This document shows positions 18,129 to 27,763 of a stretch of 64,000 nt of DNA, one piece after another; the first letter of the stretch is position 1, and the number at the start of each line of letters is the position of its first letter. Origin of the DNA: an uncultured virus (IMG/VR IMGVR_UViG_2648501222_000009) (lineage: Duplodnaviria > Heunggongvirae > Uroviricota > Caudoviricetes); the IMG/VR virus record IMGVR_UViG_2648501222_000009. One strand, given 5' to 3'. Both the position numbers and the translations under genes were made by a program. Below the pieces are notes generated by a model. The model ran no database searches and was not told the origin of the DNA. It was given only the letters and a program-made list of their open reading frames with translations.

Positions 18129-20674
18129 CAGCTGTAACTCCTCCGTTGCTGCCGGGCTGTCAGCCGCTCCAGCATTTTCTCCAGTTCGTGCAGGCTCAGA
18201 TTCAGCGCACTGGTGATCCCTCCGGATGCCGTAGTCTCTTTACCATTGAGGTAAATCTGCGGACTGAAGACAACCTGAATACCGGAGGAATCGCTGCCAC
18301 GACCGGCACCGCGTCCGGTATAACCGGCTGCCATAATTTCCGGAGAGGGAATATACGGAACGTCGGGGATCATCTCCTCTGCCAGCTGCTTACCGGCATT
18401 TGCGGCAAGGGGGGTTGTCCGGTTCAGACCGATAGCGGCACCCTGGGCAATATTGTCACCGAAGCCCATAAACACACGGCTCGGGGAATTAATACCCAGG
18501 GTTTCTTTGAACCAGGAAGATATAGAACTGCCGAAACTGACAATTGTTTCTTTTGCTGCTGTCAGCTTGTTACCGATACCGTCAACCAGACCGGTAATCA
18601 GATTGCCGCCGAATTCTGTAAAGCTTTTCGGCATATCGATACCAAACCATGACATTACACCGGCGAAGGCTTTATGGAACAGTCCCAGCGGCGACCAGTC
18701 CACGATGAGCTTACCGACCCCCTCGATACCACCGTTAAACGCCGTTTTAATTTCTGCCCATATGCCGGAAAACCAGCCGGTGACGCCACTCCAGACGGAT
18801 ACAATACTGCTCCATGCTTTACTGAAGGCGTTGGTGACCTGTGCCCATAACCGTTTAAAGAAAGCGGATACCGGCCCCCAGTAGCGGTAAAGCAGATAAG
18901 CTGCAGCCGCAATTCCGGCAACGATCAGACCGATGGGGTTCATCAGCAGCGCACGCCCGATCCAAAGTACAGCCCGTCCGGCGAGATTAAGCCCGCGAAG
19001 TAATCCTCCGGCCAGCACTTTGCCGAGACTTCCGGCACTTTTTGCGACAGAACCAAAACCGGTTGCCAGCCAGCGAAGCTTACCGCCTTCCCCGAATGCA
19101 AGTGTCAGACGAAGCCAGTTTGCCCGCAGAAGAGTAATATTCTTCCAGACATTCACGAAGGGTGATAACAGTAGGTTCAGTCCGAGCTTAAGTCCGATGG
19201 TCGCTATTTTAAAAGCCAGTAAAGCACTAACCACTTTTACCGCACCGCTAACCAGTTGTGGATTAGCGGCAATCCATTTACCGGCACTGTCCAGTAAAGG
19301 CATGAATGTCTCTCCCAGCTGAATTAGCGCCGGACGTAATGACTCCCCAATACTGATCGCACTATCATTGAATCCTATTTGAACTTTCCGCCACCGGGCC
19401 TCAAGAGTGTCGTTCTGCTTATCGAAATCTGTGCTAATTGAGTTCTGGGCTTTAGAGCCATTCATATCCTGCTTAATTTTTTGATAGTCACCCCAGCGCT
19501 GGCGCATTGCTAACAAGTGGTTGACTGTTTGGACATCTGTAAATATTGAAGAAAGACCAAATGATTCCATCAAAGTTTGCTGTGCTTCGCGATCACCTTT
19601 TGCTCCTGCTTTTTCCCACTGAGAAAGGAACTCTTTACCTTTATTCTTGATAAAGCGATCCGCTATAAGAATGGAGGCTTCATATTGCGACGTTCCCGCA
19701 GCAACGTAATCGCTCATTGATGTTTGGTAGTCCACACCAGCATCAGCGTAACGTTTGGCTATATCACCACGTCCCATTGAGGCTAACCAGTTACGCATAT
19801 TGGTAGCGGCTTCACTTTCATTCCCTGCACCTTCACGCCCAACCTCAAGACTTGCGATAATCTCTGATACAGCATTTTGCCCATAGATACCTTTTCCTGC
19901 GAATTGCTGGGCCATTTCAGGTAAGTATTGAGCCATATCTTTTAATTCGAATCGACCTGCTTTACCGCCAAATACAGCACGGTTAAAAGCCTCCTCCAAC
20001 TCACGGTTATCAGTAATACGCAGTGACTCAAATGCAAGGCTCATTTTTGCCAAATCATTAATATTGGCTCCTGAAGCTGTTGCTGTTTTACCTAACAGTC
20101 CGCTTTTCTTGGCGGCTTTTAATGGTTCCTGACCGGCGGCAACAAGGGTGCCGATCCCTTCCATCAAAGTTTCCTGATATTGGTTAGTCTCCAACGCTTT
20201 TTTACGAATAATAGTGCCGATTTGATTTTCTTGTGATTTGGTTAAGTCACCGGTTACACCAATATCTCTGAGTTGAGACTCAAAGGATGCATACTGAGTA
20301 ATAGATTTGAGTACTGGAGTGCCTAGCGTTCTGGCGACAGCATAGGTCTCTGCCCCCTGGCCATAGAGTGCCATGCGGTTGGATTTCAGCGCATCACTGG
20401 TGGCCGATGCTGCTGACAGACGGCGCTGCTGACGCTCAATCTGCTCCATAGTGCGGCCCACACGCAGCAGCTCACGGTTCAGTTGTTGCATTCTGCTGCC
20501 ACCCAGCTGACCATAGCGTTCCGTTGCGCGGGTTAAGGCGTTCTGCCGCTCCTGCAGGCGGCGGGATGTATCACCCAGAGAGTCAAGGGCACGCCGGGTA
20601 CCACTGACGGCAGAACGAAAACTGCTGCCGATAAGTCCGCCGATGACCACACCGATTGAAAAATTACTGGCCAC
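18128..20674 (-). CDS. Tape measure protein
   Basis: 848 aa; GKAGRFELKDMAQYLP, NPIGL and LGINSPSRVF motifs. Confidence 0.92.
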   Translation of the reverse strand: MASNFSIGVVIGGLIGSSFRSAVSGTRRALDSLGDTSRRLQERQNALTRATERYGQLGGSRMQQLNRELLRVGRTMEQIERQQRRLSAASATSDALKSNRMALYGQGAETYAVARTLGTPVLKSITQYASFESQLRDIGVTGDLTKSQENQIGTIIRKKALETNQYQETLMEGIGTLVAAGQEPLKAAKKSGLLGKTATASGANINDLAKMSLAFESLRITDNRELEEAFNRAVFGGKAGRFELKDMAQYLPEMAQQFAGKGIYGQNAVSEIIASLEVGREGAGNESEAATNMRNWLASMGRGDIAKRYADAGVDYQTSMSDYVAAGTSQYEASILIADRFIKNKGKEFLSQWEKAGAKGDREAQQTLMESFGLSSIFTDVQTVNHLLAMRQRWGDYQKIKQDMNGSKAQNSISTDFDKQNDTLEARWRKVQIGFNDSAISIGESLRPALIQLGETFMPLLDSAGKWIAANPQLVSGAVKVVSALLAFKIATIGLKLGLNLLLSPFVNVWKNITLLRANWLRLTLAFGEGGKLRWLATGFGSVAKSAGSLGKVLAGGLLRGLNLAGRAVLWIGRALLMNPIGLIVAGIAAAAYLLYRYWGPVSAFFKRLWAQVTNAFSKAWSSIVSVWSGVTGWFSGIWAEIKTAFNGGIEGVGKLIVDWSPLGLFHKAFAGVMSWFGIDMPKSFTEFGGNLITGLVDGIGNKLTAAKETIVSFGSSISSWFKETLGINSPSRVFMGFGDNIAQGAAIGLNRTTPLAANAGKQLAEEMIPDVPYIPSPEIMAAGYTGRGAGRGSDSSGIQVVFSPQIYLNGKETTASGGITSALNLSLHELEKMLERLTARQQRRSYS

Positions 20675-20732
20675 TTTGAGCCCTCTGATTACGTAATAAA
20701 GGAAAATAAAGGAGGAAAAGGTCTCAGGTAAA

Positions 20733-20753
20733 ACAGCCGCCTGATGCGGCTGT
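20733..20753. terminator. Hairpin between chaperone and tape measure genes
   Basis: ACAGCCGC-CTGAT-GCGGCTGT. Confidence 0.5.
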
Positions 20754-20758
20754 CCGGG

Positions 20759-20939
20759 TTATGTTTTGTTGCCGTACTCGCTTTTGATTTGCTCTTCCGC
20801 CTGTTCCAGCCACATTTCCAGATCATCAGTATCGAGGGAATCAATCTCCCCCGGCTGAAACCTGAACCACCTCGCCAGCAGCCCCTGCGCCTGTTTCAGT
20901 GCTTTCGGTGCTCTTGCCCAGCCCAGTGACCTGCTGAAA
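20759..20939 (-). CDS. GpE'-like extension of tail chaperone (+1/-2 frame)
   Basis: LLARWFRFQPGEIDSLDTDDLEMWLEQA GpE'-type motif with no obvious start of its own. Confidence 0.7.
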
Positions 20940-21176
20940 TCGTTTCTGCAGCTCCATATAATCAGCAAGATCCATCTTATCGAGGTCTTCCGGCAGCATG
21001 CCGGTACTGCGGGCAATCAGCTGTTCATCCCAGTCAGCGGGGTCTTTACTGGTTTTACGTGCCTGCTTCAGGTCTTTGACCGTCAGGCGTTTCAGTTCAA
21101 CCTGCTCAACTCTGGTGCCAGCAGCTGTGGTGAAGGGGTAAGACAGCTTAAAAGTATCGGATTTGGTCTGTGACAT
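20841..21176 (-). CDS. Tail assembly chaperone GpE
   Basis: LKRLTVKDL and EDLDKMDLADY motifs. Confidence 0.85.
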   Translation of the reverse strand: MSQTKSDTFKLSYPFTTAAGTRVEQVELKRLTVKDLKQARKTSKDPADWDEQLIARSTGMLPEDLDKMDLADYMELQKRFQQVTGLGKSTESTETGAGAAGEVVQVSAGGD

Positions 21177-21203
21177 GATCGTGCTCCTGTGTGATTTCAG
21201 GGC

Positions 21204-21246
21204 AGTATGTCCGGTGAAGAGCGTGACGGATATTAAAGGAGGTTAA
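21204..21246 (-). promoter_or_regulatory. Putative late promoter (chaperone/tape measure genes)
   Basis: TTAA-CCTCCT-TTAA-N23-CATACT. Confidence 0.7.
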
Positions 21247-21268
21247 GAAGAAAGGGGCCGGAGCCCCT
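21245..21268 (-). terminator. Intrinsic terminator
   Basis: AGGGGC-TCCG-GCCCCT followed by TTCTTCTT. Confidence 0.65.
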
Positions 21269-21274
21269 GTGATA

Positions 21275-21556
21275 TCAGTGAGTGCGAAAACCCTTGCAGT
21301 GGCGCAGAAAAGTAATGAGGAGAACTTTGCCTTCGTCTTTACGGATGCCGCTGAACCAGTGGTCAGGAGGCTCCCATGCCTCAATCAGGTCAGCCAGCTT
21401 CCGGGCTTTGGAGCGGGTACAGTCAATCGGGTCATTAGTTTTCCGGGTATTAAAGAGATTTCCGACTCCCGGAATATCCAGAATAGTGAACCAGGTACTA
21501 TTGCTCATACCGATACCGCTGCACTTTCCGCCTTTATCTTCAATCGCAACAGTCAC
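21275..21556 (-). CDS. Hypothetical protein after tail tube
   Basis: 93-aa ORF, GTG start 2 bp after the tube stop, followed by a terminator. Confidence 0.65.
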   Translation of the reverse strand: MTVAIEDKGGKCSGIGMSNSTWFTILDIPGVGNLFNTRKTNDPIDCTRSKARKLADLIEAWEPPDHWFSGIRKDEGKVLLITFLRHCKGFRTH

Positions 21557-21558
21557 CG

Positions 21559-22080
21559 TCAGCCCCCGATGTTGATACGGTAGTCAGTCAGCTGGTCAAC
21601 ACCACCGACGCGGAAGATATTGGCCAGGTAATCCAGCTCCAGCAGCTCCTCACCATCCAGTACCTGCTTGATGTACGTGCAGGTGAAGCTGCTGGAGAAC
21701 TCGGCGTTCTCGTGCTGTTTGAACGTCCCCAGCGGGTTCTTCTTGAACATGATCGTCAGGAAGGTGACCAGCGGTATTTCGTCAATCAGCCCCTGCGAAC
21801 TGTAGCGCTGGACGCTGGAACGGCACTGCAGCGCCAGCGACTTATACGGGTTCGCGGCAGACAGCATCGCGTCGCGGTAAAAACTGTTCCACTTGATCTC
21901 GCCCTCCAGCTTGTCGAAGCCTGCCGGGAGTTCCACCTTGCCCACCATCCCCAGCGCTTTGTGCTCCTGCATGGTCATGGACACATCAGGAAGCTTGACC
22001 TCCTCGGCCCGGCCCAGCAGGTTGGCACCATCCAGGTAGATATTGGCATTCGTGATGCGGTTGATTTCGATCTTTGCCAT
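21559..22080 (-). CDS. Tail tube protein (P2 FII-like)
   Basis: LLGRAEEVKLP and ELDYLANIFRVGGVD motifs; follows the sheath. Confidence 0.9.
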   Translation of the reverse strand: MAKIEINRITNANIYLDGANLLGRAEEVKLPDVSMTMQEHKALGMVGKVELPAGFDKLEGEIKWNSFYRDAMLSAANPYKSLALQCRSSVQRYSSQGLIDEIPLVTFLTIMFKKNPLGTFKQHENAEFSSSFTCTYIKQVLDGEELLELDYLANIFRVGGVDQLTDYRINIGG

Positions 22081-23507
22081 CAGCTGTTTCCTTTCAGGGT
22101 TAACAGGTATTCCGAGGTGATCTCGGTCTCAAACGTCAGTCGCTCCAGCGGTGGCGGCGGCGTGTATTTATAGCTGAGCAGCAGGTGTCCTGCGGCCAGC
22201 TCCGTCTCTTCGTTTCGGGCAGGATCAAACCAGCAGCGGAAGCCCAGCAGCGCACCGTCACCAATCATCTTGCGACCGTAGGCGTTGACCGACTCCGTCA
22301 GCGCATCAATCACCGCCTGGGTAATCGGCATGTCGATGTACTGCTGGCTGAAGTAGCGCAGGGACTCGTTGATCACATCACCGGTACGGCGGACGTTCTC
22401 AAAGTTGCGCATATGCGTCACCGTTGGCCATGCTGCTGTCCGGTTGCCCCACAGACGCAGGCCGCTGCCGTAGCTGCTGAAGACCGTGGTGATACCCTGT
22501 TCGTTGAGCAGGTTCACCTCGCTCTGCGGGTCGTCAATCATGGCCGACAGCTGGCGCTCTACGCCGGTAATGCCCAGAATCTCCTGATTGGAGGACGACC
22601 ACCAGTAGCCTTTGTCCAGGTCGACTTTGGCACGCAAACCTGCAGCACGCTGGCTCAGCGGCTCCAGTCGCTCACTGTTGGTGACCGCGTCGTACACCCT
22701 GACGTGCGGATAGCACAGGCGGACACGGTCTGAGCTGGTGTTAAAGTTAATGCTACCTTCCGGGCCACGCCCCGACAGAGCCTGCGCAAAGGTGGTTCCG
22801 ACCGGCGCATCGATGTAGGTCACCGCACCCAGCTTTTCAGCCATGGCGATAAGCTCAGCCGAGACGCTGTTCTGGGTACAAAATACAGGAGCGATCAGGA
22901 TTTTGGCGAAGTAGCCGAACAGGTTGAAGCTGTCGGTAAGCAGCTTCATCCCGGTACGATTACCTGCAGCGTTGACTGCCCCGATGATATCAGCCGGGGT
23001 GACTTTGGTCGGGTCAGCATAGTTATAGCCGGCCTTCACTGTTGCATCTGCAGCAATGCTCTTACCAAGGTTAGTTATGACCCCGGTTTGCGCATCAAGC
23101 GAGTAGTCCCGGCCTTCTACGTAAGGCTGGCCATCGCTGGCCGGTTTAAGCACCAGCTGTGCGACCACCGGGTTAGCCAGTTGCGCCTTGCCCGTAGCCT
23201 TGTCGAACGCCACATCCTCATCGGCCACAGCGGTTTTATGCACCGCCGGGTCAAGAACGTTAATGACCAGAACAGTACCGGTTCCGTGGTCGTAAATCGC
23301 ATCCAGTGCCTGCGGAATGGTAAAGCCGGTGAGCTGGCTGCCGAATGCTGCTGCATCTTTCTCAGACAGGCACTGCACCAGCGTATTGACGCTCCCCGCC
23401 GGGGCGGTACCAATCAGGCCGATGACGGCAGACTTCACCGTTTTTACCGGGCGGGCACCGTTTTCCACCTCAATGGTTTCGACGCCATGCAGATAGTTAG
23501 CTGCCAT
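22080..23507 (-). CDS. Tail sheath protein (P2 FI-like)
   Basis: YLHGVETIEV, SAVIGLIGTAP and GLRLWGNRT motifs. Confidence 0.95.
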   Translation of the reverse strand: MAANYLHGVETIEVENGARPVKTVKSAVIGLIGTAPAGSVNTLVQCLSEKDAAAFGSQLTGFTIPQALDAIYDHGTGTVLVINVLDPAVHKTAVADEDVAFDKATGKAQLANPVVAQLVLKPASDGQPYVEGRDYSLDAQTGVITNLGKSIAADATVKAGYNYADPTKVTPADIIGAVNAAGNRTGMKLLTDSFNLFGYFAKILIAPVFCTQNSVSAELIAMAEKLGAVTYIDAPVGTTFAQALSGRGPEGSINFNTSSDRVRLCYPHVRVYDAVTNSERLEPLSQRAAGLRAKVDLDKGYWWSSSNQEILGITGVERQLSAMIDDPQSEVNLLNEQGITTVFSSYGSGLRLWGNRTAAWPTVTHMRNFENVRRTGDVINESLRYFSQQYIDMPITQAVIDALTESVNAYGRKMIGDGALLGFRCWFDPARNEETELAAGHLLLSYKYTPPPPLERLTFETEITSEYLLTLKGNS

Positions 23508-23751
23508 GGGAGTCCTCCGTTTTCACATCGTTGTCGCCGCCGTTCCTGCGCTTTGGTGACTGCACAGCCGGTGTTCCGGCGGGTTTAGTCTCTTCAGATA
23601 CCGGCGTCAGATGCTTCAGCGCCACCAGTACCTTCACATAGTCATGTCCCTCCGGCAGGGAAACATTCTTCCCCGGCCAGAGCAGGATTTCAGTTCCGTC
23701 CGACAGCGTGACGCCGCTGGCCGGGCCGGAATAGCGGTATTCTTTCATCAC
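23497..23751 (-). CDS. Hypothetical protein
   Basis: Overlap-coupled ORF between gp37-like and sheath genes. Confidence 0.7.
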   Translation of the reverse strand: MMKEYRYSGPASGVTLSDGTEILLWPGKNVSLPEGHDYVKVLVALKHLTPVSEETKPAGTPAVQSPKRRNGGDNDVKTEDSHGS

Positions 23752-24212
23752 TCGCGTTCCTCATAGTTCACTTCGGTTAACAGCGGGCCGGACGGTAAAT
23801 CGCTGTCTTCGATAAATACGCTTTCGGTTGCGAAGTCGAGAGCGTACTGCCACAGCCCCCTGACCTCACCGATAAACACTTCACGGGTCAGCCAGATACG
23901 ACGGCGGCAGTTCGGCGGGGTGTAGCCACCGAGGATGCGGCGGACTGCATCCAGAACGTCAATCGCCCCTCTTTTACCGTTGAGCTGACGGAAGACAACC
24001 GTGACACACAACTGGATAGTCTGAGGCTGGATCACCGCACCAATATCATCGGGTTTGTCGAAGCGCGAACCGGCATAACTCAGCAACAACGCCCCGACAG
24101 GATGATTCAGACGGTATTCAGCCGGTTTCTCCGGGAAATACTCCACCTGCAGCTGCGGCAGCTTCTCGCGTAACCGGGCCAGTACCGCATCAAGGACGGG
24201 CAGAACGTTCAT
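23748..24212 (-). CDS. Gp37-like tail terminator
   Basis: YRLNHPVGALLLSYAGS motif; synteny. Confidence 0.8.
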   Translation of the reverse strand: MNVLPVLDAVLARLREKLPQLQVEYFPEKPAEYRLNHPVGALLLSYAGSRFDKPDDIGAVIQPQTIQLCVTVVFRQLNGKRGAIDVLDAVRRILGGYTPPNCRRRIWLTREVFIGEVRGLWQYALDFATESVFIEDSDLPSGPLLTEVNYEERE

Positions 24213-24658
24213 CAGTATTTCTCCAGTAAGCCGTCGCGCCCGCCAAAGGTGGGGCGGCGTGCCCGTGCCCGGATTTCACCGGACTCAGGTACGTCTTTTT
24301 GAGTGGACTGCAGCCCCAGCGTCAGTTTCCCGTCGCGGATGGCCTCAAGCTGACGCCGGGCCTCTTTGTGGTCATCCTTCACCGTGTCCGGGACTGCGCC
24401 TTCCGGGCGGCGGGTGTAGAGCCGGTAACGCACCAACGTGATGGCAATGTCCCGCAGAACGGTCGGTATCTCCGCCAGCGGCAGGGTATAGCGCCCGCGC
24501 AGATGGGCATCAATCAGCTCACCGGCATAGCGGATACAGCTGTCCGCCACCTCTGTCTTCACCGTCGCAGGCGAGTCGAAATCCAGCTCCTCGTTGGTGA
24601 GCTGGATAAGCGTCCGCTCCGGCACCTGCTCAAGCAAATCCGCCAGGGTGCAGTACAT
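24212..24658 (-). CDS. Mu gp36 (DUF1320)-like head-tail adaptor
   Basis: MYCTLADL and IDAHLRGRYTLPL; start chosen at ATG 24658. Confidence 0.88.
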   Translation of the reverse strand: MYCTLADLLEQVPERTLIQLTNEELDFDSPATVKTEVADSCIRYAGELIDAHLRGRYTLPLAEIPTVLRDIAITLVRYRLYTRRPEGAVPDTVKDDHKEARRQLEAIRDGKLTLGLQSTQKDVPESGEIRARARRPTFGGRDGLLEKY

Positions 24659-24659
24659 G

Positions 24660-25016
24660 TCACACCCCGCGCAGGATGCGGATAACATCACCTTCCGCCA
24701 GTGCTTCATCCAGTGCAATACCGGCTGAAATACCTGCCGGGGTGTCGCCTGATGCGGCAGTCTGCGGAACCGCACAGGCATTTGCATCGGACTGGATGCG
24801 CTGCCCCCGGGTAATCGCGGCACCCGCCTCAACGGCAATAATGCCCAGAACGCTGACCGGCGTTAAATCACCGGCAGCGGCATCCACCTCAGCCACGCCG
24901 AGCACGACGGCTCCGGCCTGACAGGGCGCGTTATCGGCACCGACAAAGCGCTGTTGCATCAGCGCCGCGCTGGCCGTCACGGTAGTGGTCAGAATGACCT
25001 GCTGAGTTGTACCCAT
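24660..25016 (-). CDS. Capsid cement/decoration protein (DUF2190-like)
   Basis: Ala/Gly-rich, GIALDEA..GDVIRI; follows the capsid gene. Confidence 0.75.
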   Translation of the reverse strand: MGTTQQVILTTTVTASAALMQQRFVGADNAPCQAGAVVLGVAEVDAAAGDLTPVSVLGIIAVEAGAAITRGQRIQSDANACAVPQTAASGDTPAGISAGIALDEALAEGDVIRILRGV

Positions 25017-25026
25017 GACCGTCTCC

Positions 25027-25980
25027 TTATTTCACGATGTTGGTGACGAGATACCCAGCATCGCCACCGACCACGGCGACTTTGTAGATATCGGTATAAC
25101 GGCAGTACTTAACCTTGCCGCCCACGCCGTCATATTTGTCCGCCACCGGCATCCCTTTCCGGCGCAGGGTGTAACCGAATGACGGCTCATTTTCGTCGGC
25201 GCTGTCGGTGCCGGGCTGGGGTTTTCCAACGTAATGCAGCATCAGGTTATCGCCCCAGATATCCGCCGGGACTTTGTCCTTGTTCTGCGCGTCTTTCATG
25301 GAGGCCACGGAGACCGGCTCGCCGACCACCACATCTTCCAGCTGGAAAAGGTCTTTCAGAATTTCGATGGTGATACGCTTGCGCTCGTTAGCACCAATCG
25401 CTGCCTGAATCGCCGGGTGGAACTTCAGCAGCGACATGACGCTGGCCCCCATGGTCATCAGGTTCGGACGCAGACCGGTTGCATTACGCACCGCTTCGAT
25501 CCCGCCTTCAATGATGCCAATCGGATCACCCTTGCCACCGCCCCAGCGGTCAGCCGCAGCCAGTGCTTTGACGTTAGCTGAGCGATAGACGTTTTTGTCC
25601 TGGGCCAGACGGGCCGCATAGAGTTCGCGCTTGAGGTTGACGCCGCTCGTCACACGGCGAATGGCCTTGGCCTCTTCGTTGAACATCGACTCAGCCTGCT
25701 CGCGGTAGTCCACCGGTGCGGCCAGATCGTGCTCGTTGAGAACCAGATCCAGTTTGCCGGTTTTCTCGCGCACCAGAACGTTACTGTCAGCCCCCACGGC
25801 ACGCTCGGTGTCGTACTCCACAAAAGCCGATTTACCGAAGGTCGGCACGGTCACACCTTCTTTATCGGTCAGAACGACGGGGAAAATACGTTCGCCGATG
25901 AGCGCGGCATTTTTATAACCGCGTGCGATGCTGGTCAGCACCGGGTCAACGACGCGCTTACCCTTTAAATAATCAGACAT
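25027..25980 (-). CDS. Major capsid protein
   Basis: 317 aa, VDPVLTSIARGY; follows the protease. Confidence 0.85.
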   Translation of the reverse strand: MSDYLKGKRVVDPVLTSIARGYKNAALIGERIFPVVLTDKEGVTVPTFGKSAFVEYDTERAVGADSNVLVREKTGKLDLVLNEHDLAAPVDYREQAESMFNEEAKAIRRVTSGVNLKRELYAARLAQDKNVYRSANVKALAAADRWGGGKGDPIGIIEGGIEAVRNATGLRPNLMTMGASVMSLLKFHPAIQAAIGANERKRITIEILKDLFQLEDVVVGEPVSVASMKDAQNKDKVPADIWGDNLMLHYVGKPQPGTDSADENEPSFGYTLRRKGMPVADKYDGVGGKVKYCRYTDIYKVAVVGGDAGYLVTNIVK

Positions 25981-25993
25981 GCTCTCTCCTTAA

Positions 25994-27091
25994 TCACAGG
26001 CAGCGTGAGACAGCAGCGTCATAGCTGATGCCTTCTTTTTTAGACAGTTCCAGCGCTTTCTGATGCAGCGCCAGACGTTCCGGATCAGCCTCAGCAAACT
26101 CCGCTGAAGTCGTTCCGGTATCCGTGCTCACACGGTCTTTGGTCGCGTGCTCACTGAAGCTCAGTACCGGTTCAGTGCTGTCCAGCAGCGTCTTAAACGC
26201 CGTGGCCAGCGGGGTACGGGTGTCGCCCTCGGCAAACTCAACCGGCTTATCGCCTGCAGAGACTGCGTCCAGGATGGCCACAACAACGGACTTCGCTTTG
26301 GGGGCCAGTCGGCCATCACCCACCAGTTTCTCGGCAAAGGCCACATTATCGGCATGTAATTTGTCCTGTTTCGCTTTGAAGTCCTGCTCTGTACGTGCCG
26401 CCGCTTCAGCTTTCAGGCGTATGTTTTCAGCCTGAAGCGCTTTGATTTCTTCATCAGTCATGATGCTGTTCTCTTGTTGAGGGTTGGGATTGTGTTCACT
26501 GAATTCCGGCCCGGACTTCCCGGTGTCGCGGTAAGCCTCTTCGCGCAGGGAGTCCACCTGCCAGGAAGGAAGAACCTTGTCTGTCGCATCCAGCCCGAAC
26601 TGAGCAATCAGGAAATCACGTAACCGGCCCCATAAAGACGCATTGGTGATATCCCCCCAGTCGGCAAACTCCACGACACCTTCTTCTTTCTCACCAAACG
26701 AGACCTGTTTCAGCCCCTTAACGGAAGGCGGCTGTGCCCCGAGAAAACCGACATGACGCAGGTAAAGTGTGCCGGGTTTCGGGTTGCTCGGTGAATCCGG
26801 AAGATAAAATGAAGCAGAGACTTTTTTGAAGCGTCCGTTGCCCACCAGTTCGGCAAACTGCGGGTCGAGCTGATCAGGCTCAGCCAGCAGATCACCGCCG
26901 TTAAGCGACAGCGATTTCACCCAGCCCCACGCCGGGTCTTCCGTTTTGGGGTGACCAATAACGAGCGGTGCTTCATGGACGGACGGGTCATAGGCTTTCA
27001 CGCAGGCGGCAAGATCGCTTTGCGTGAACGGCAGTTTTGTGCCGTGCATATCGGTATGAGTACCGGCTTTGAAAATGTGAATGGCTGGCAT
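25994..27091 (-). CDS. Prohead protease/scaffold (Mu gpI/Z-like)
   Basis: APLVIGHP, AWGWV, SASFY and YLRHVGFLGAQPPSVKGL motifs. Confidence 0.88.
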   Translation of the reverse strand: MPAIHIFKAGTHTDMHGTKLPFTQSDLAACVKAYDPSVHEAPLVIGHPKTEDPAWGWVKSLSLNGGDLLAEPDQLDPQFAELVGNGRFKKVSASFYLPDSPSNPKPGTLYLRHVGFLGAQPPSVKGLKQVSFGEKEEGVVEFADWGDITNASLWGRLRDFLIAQFGLDATDKVLPSWQVDSLREEAYRDTGKSGPEFSEHNPNPQQENSIMTDEEIKALQAENIRLKAEAAARTEQDFKAKQDKLHADNVAFAEKLVGDGRLAPKAKSVVVAILDAVSAGDKPVEFAEGDTRTPLATAFKTLLDSTEPVLSFSEHATKDRVSTDTGTTSAEFAEADPERLALHQKALELSKKEGISYDAAVSRCL

Positions 27092-27121
27092 TTTGCTGTC
27101 CCGAGTTAAGTTGTCGGAGAC

Positions 27122-27164
27122 AGTCTGCGGAAAAAGGGCAGTAAGCGCTTTTAATCTGGTTTAG
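27122..27164 (-). promoter_or_regulatory. Putative late promoter (protease/capsid genes)
   Basis: CTAA-ACCAGA-TTAA-N23-CAGACT. Confidence 0.7.
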
Positions 27165-27302
27165 AAAAAGTGAGGGGGCAGAGCGGAAAATGTCACTGAC
27201 GGATAAGCTATGGTATAAAGCGGCGGCTGTAAAGCCTTTATAAAGGTAATACAGCCCCGCAATGCCCGGCAATGATAAATCATCCGCCCTGATGGTCAGG
27301 AG

Positions 27303-27761
27303 TCAGCGACGGGCCGCAGATTCAAGATGACGCACAATCGTATCGAGGATGGGAATAACCACATCAGACTGCAGCTCACCGTCCCCCGTCAGCGGCAGGA
27401 ACGGTCGGGCCGGAAGCTCAACGGACTCATTGCGCCCCGTTTTACCACCGAACTGATGAACCGGCCCGTAAACGACATTAGTGCCAACCGCTGCCTGCCT
27501 GTCGTCATGGTCTGTTGATACTGATCCCATCAGTCGTCCGGTGAGCTGCAGTGTCTGACCATCACGATCCTGTGCTGCAAGGGACGGCATCCAGCCCGGA
27601 CGGCCCTCATCCAGAAAGTTAAACTGCGTTTCCGTCAGCAGGGTTCCGGCGATTTTACGCATCGCAGGTTCAAGGTCTGTGGCGGCTGAATCCAGCGCGC
27701 GCAGACTCCGGCGCAGGGACTCATCGTTAATGGTGATATTGACCAGATTATCAGAAGCCAT
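27303..27761 (-). CDS. Virion morphogenesis protein (Mu gpG-like)
   Basis: VGTNVVYGPVHQFGG and LPARPFL motifs. Confidence 0.9.
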   Translation of the reverse strand: MASDNLVNITINDESLRRSLRALDSAATDLEPAMRKIAGTLLTETQFNFLDEGRPGWMPSLAAQDRDGQTLQLTGRLMGSVSTDHDDRQAAVGTNVVYGPVHQFGGKTGRNESVELPARPFLPLTGDGELQSDVVIPILDTIVRHLESAARR

Positions 27762-27763
27762 CG

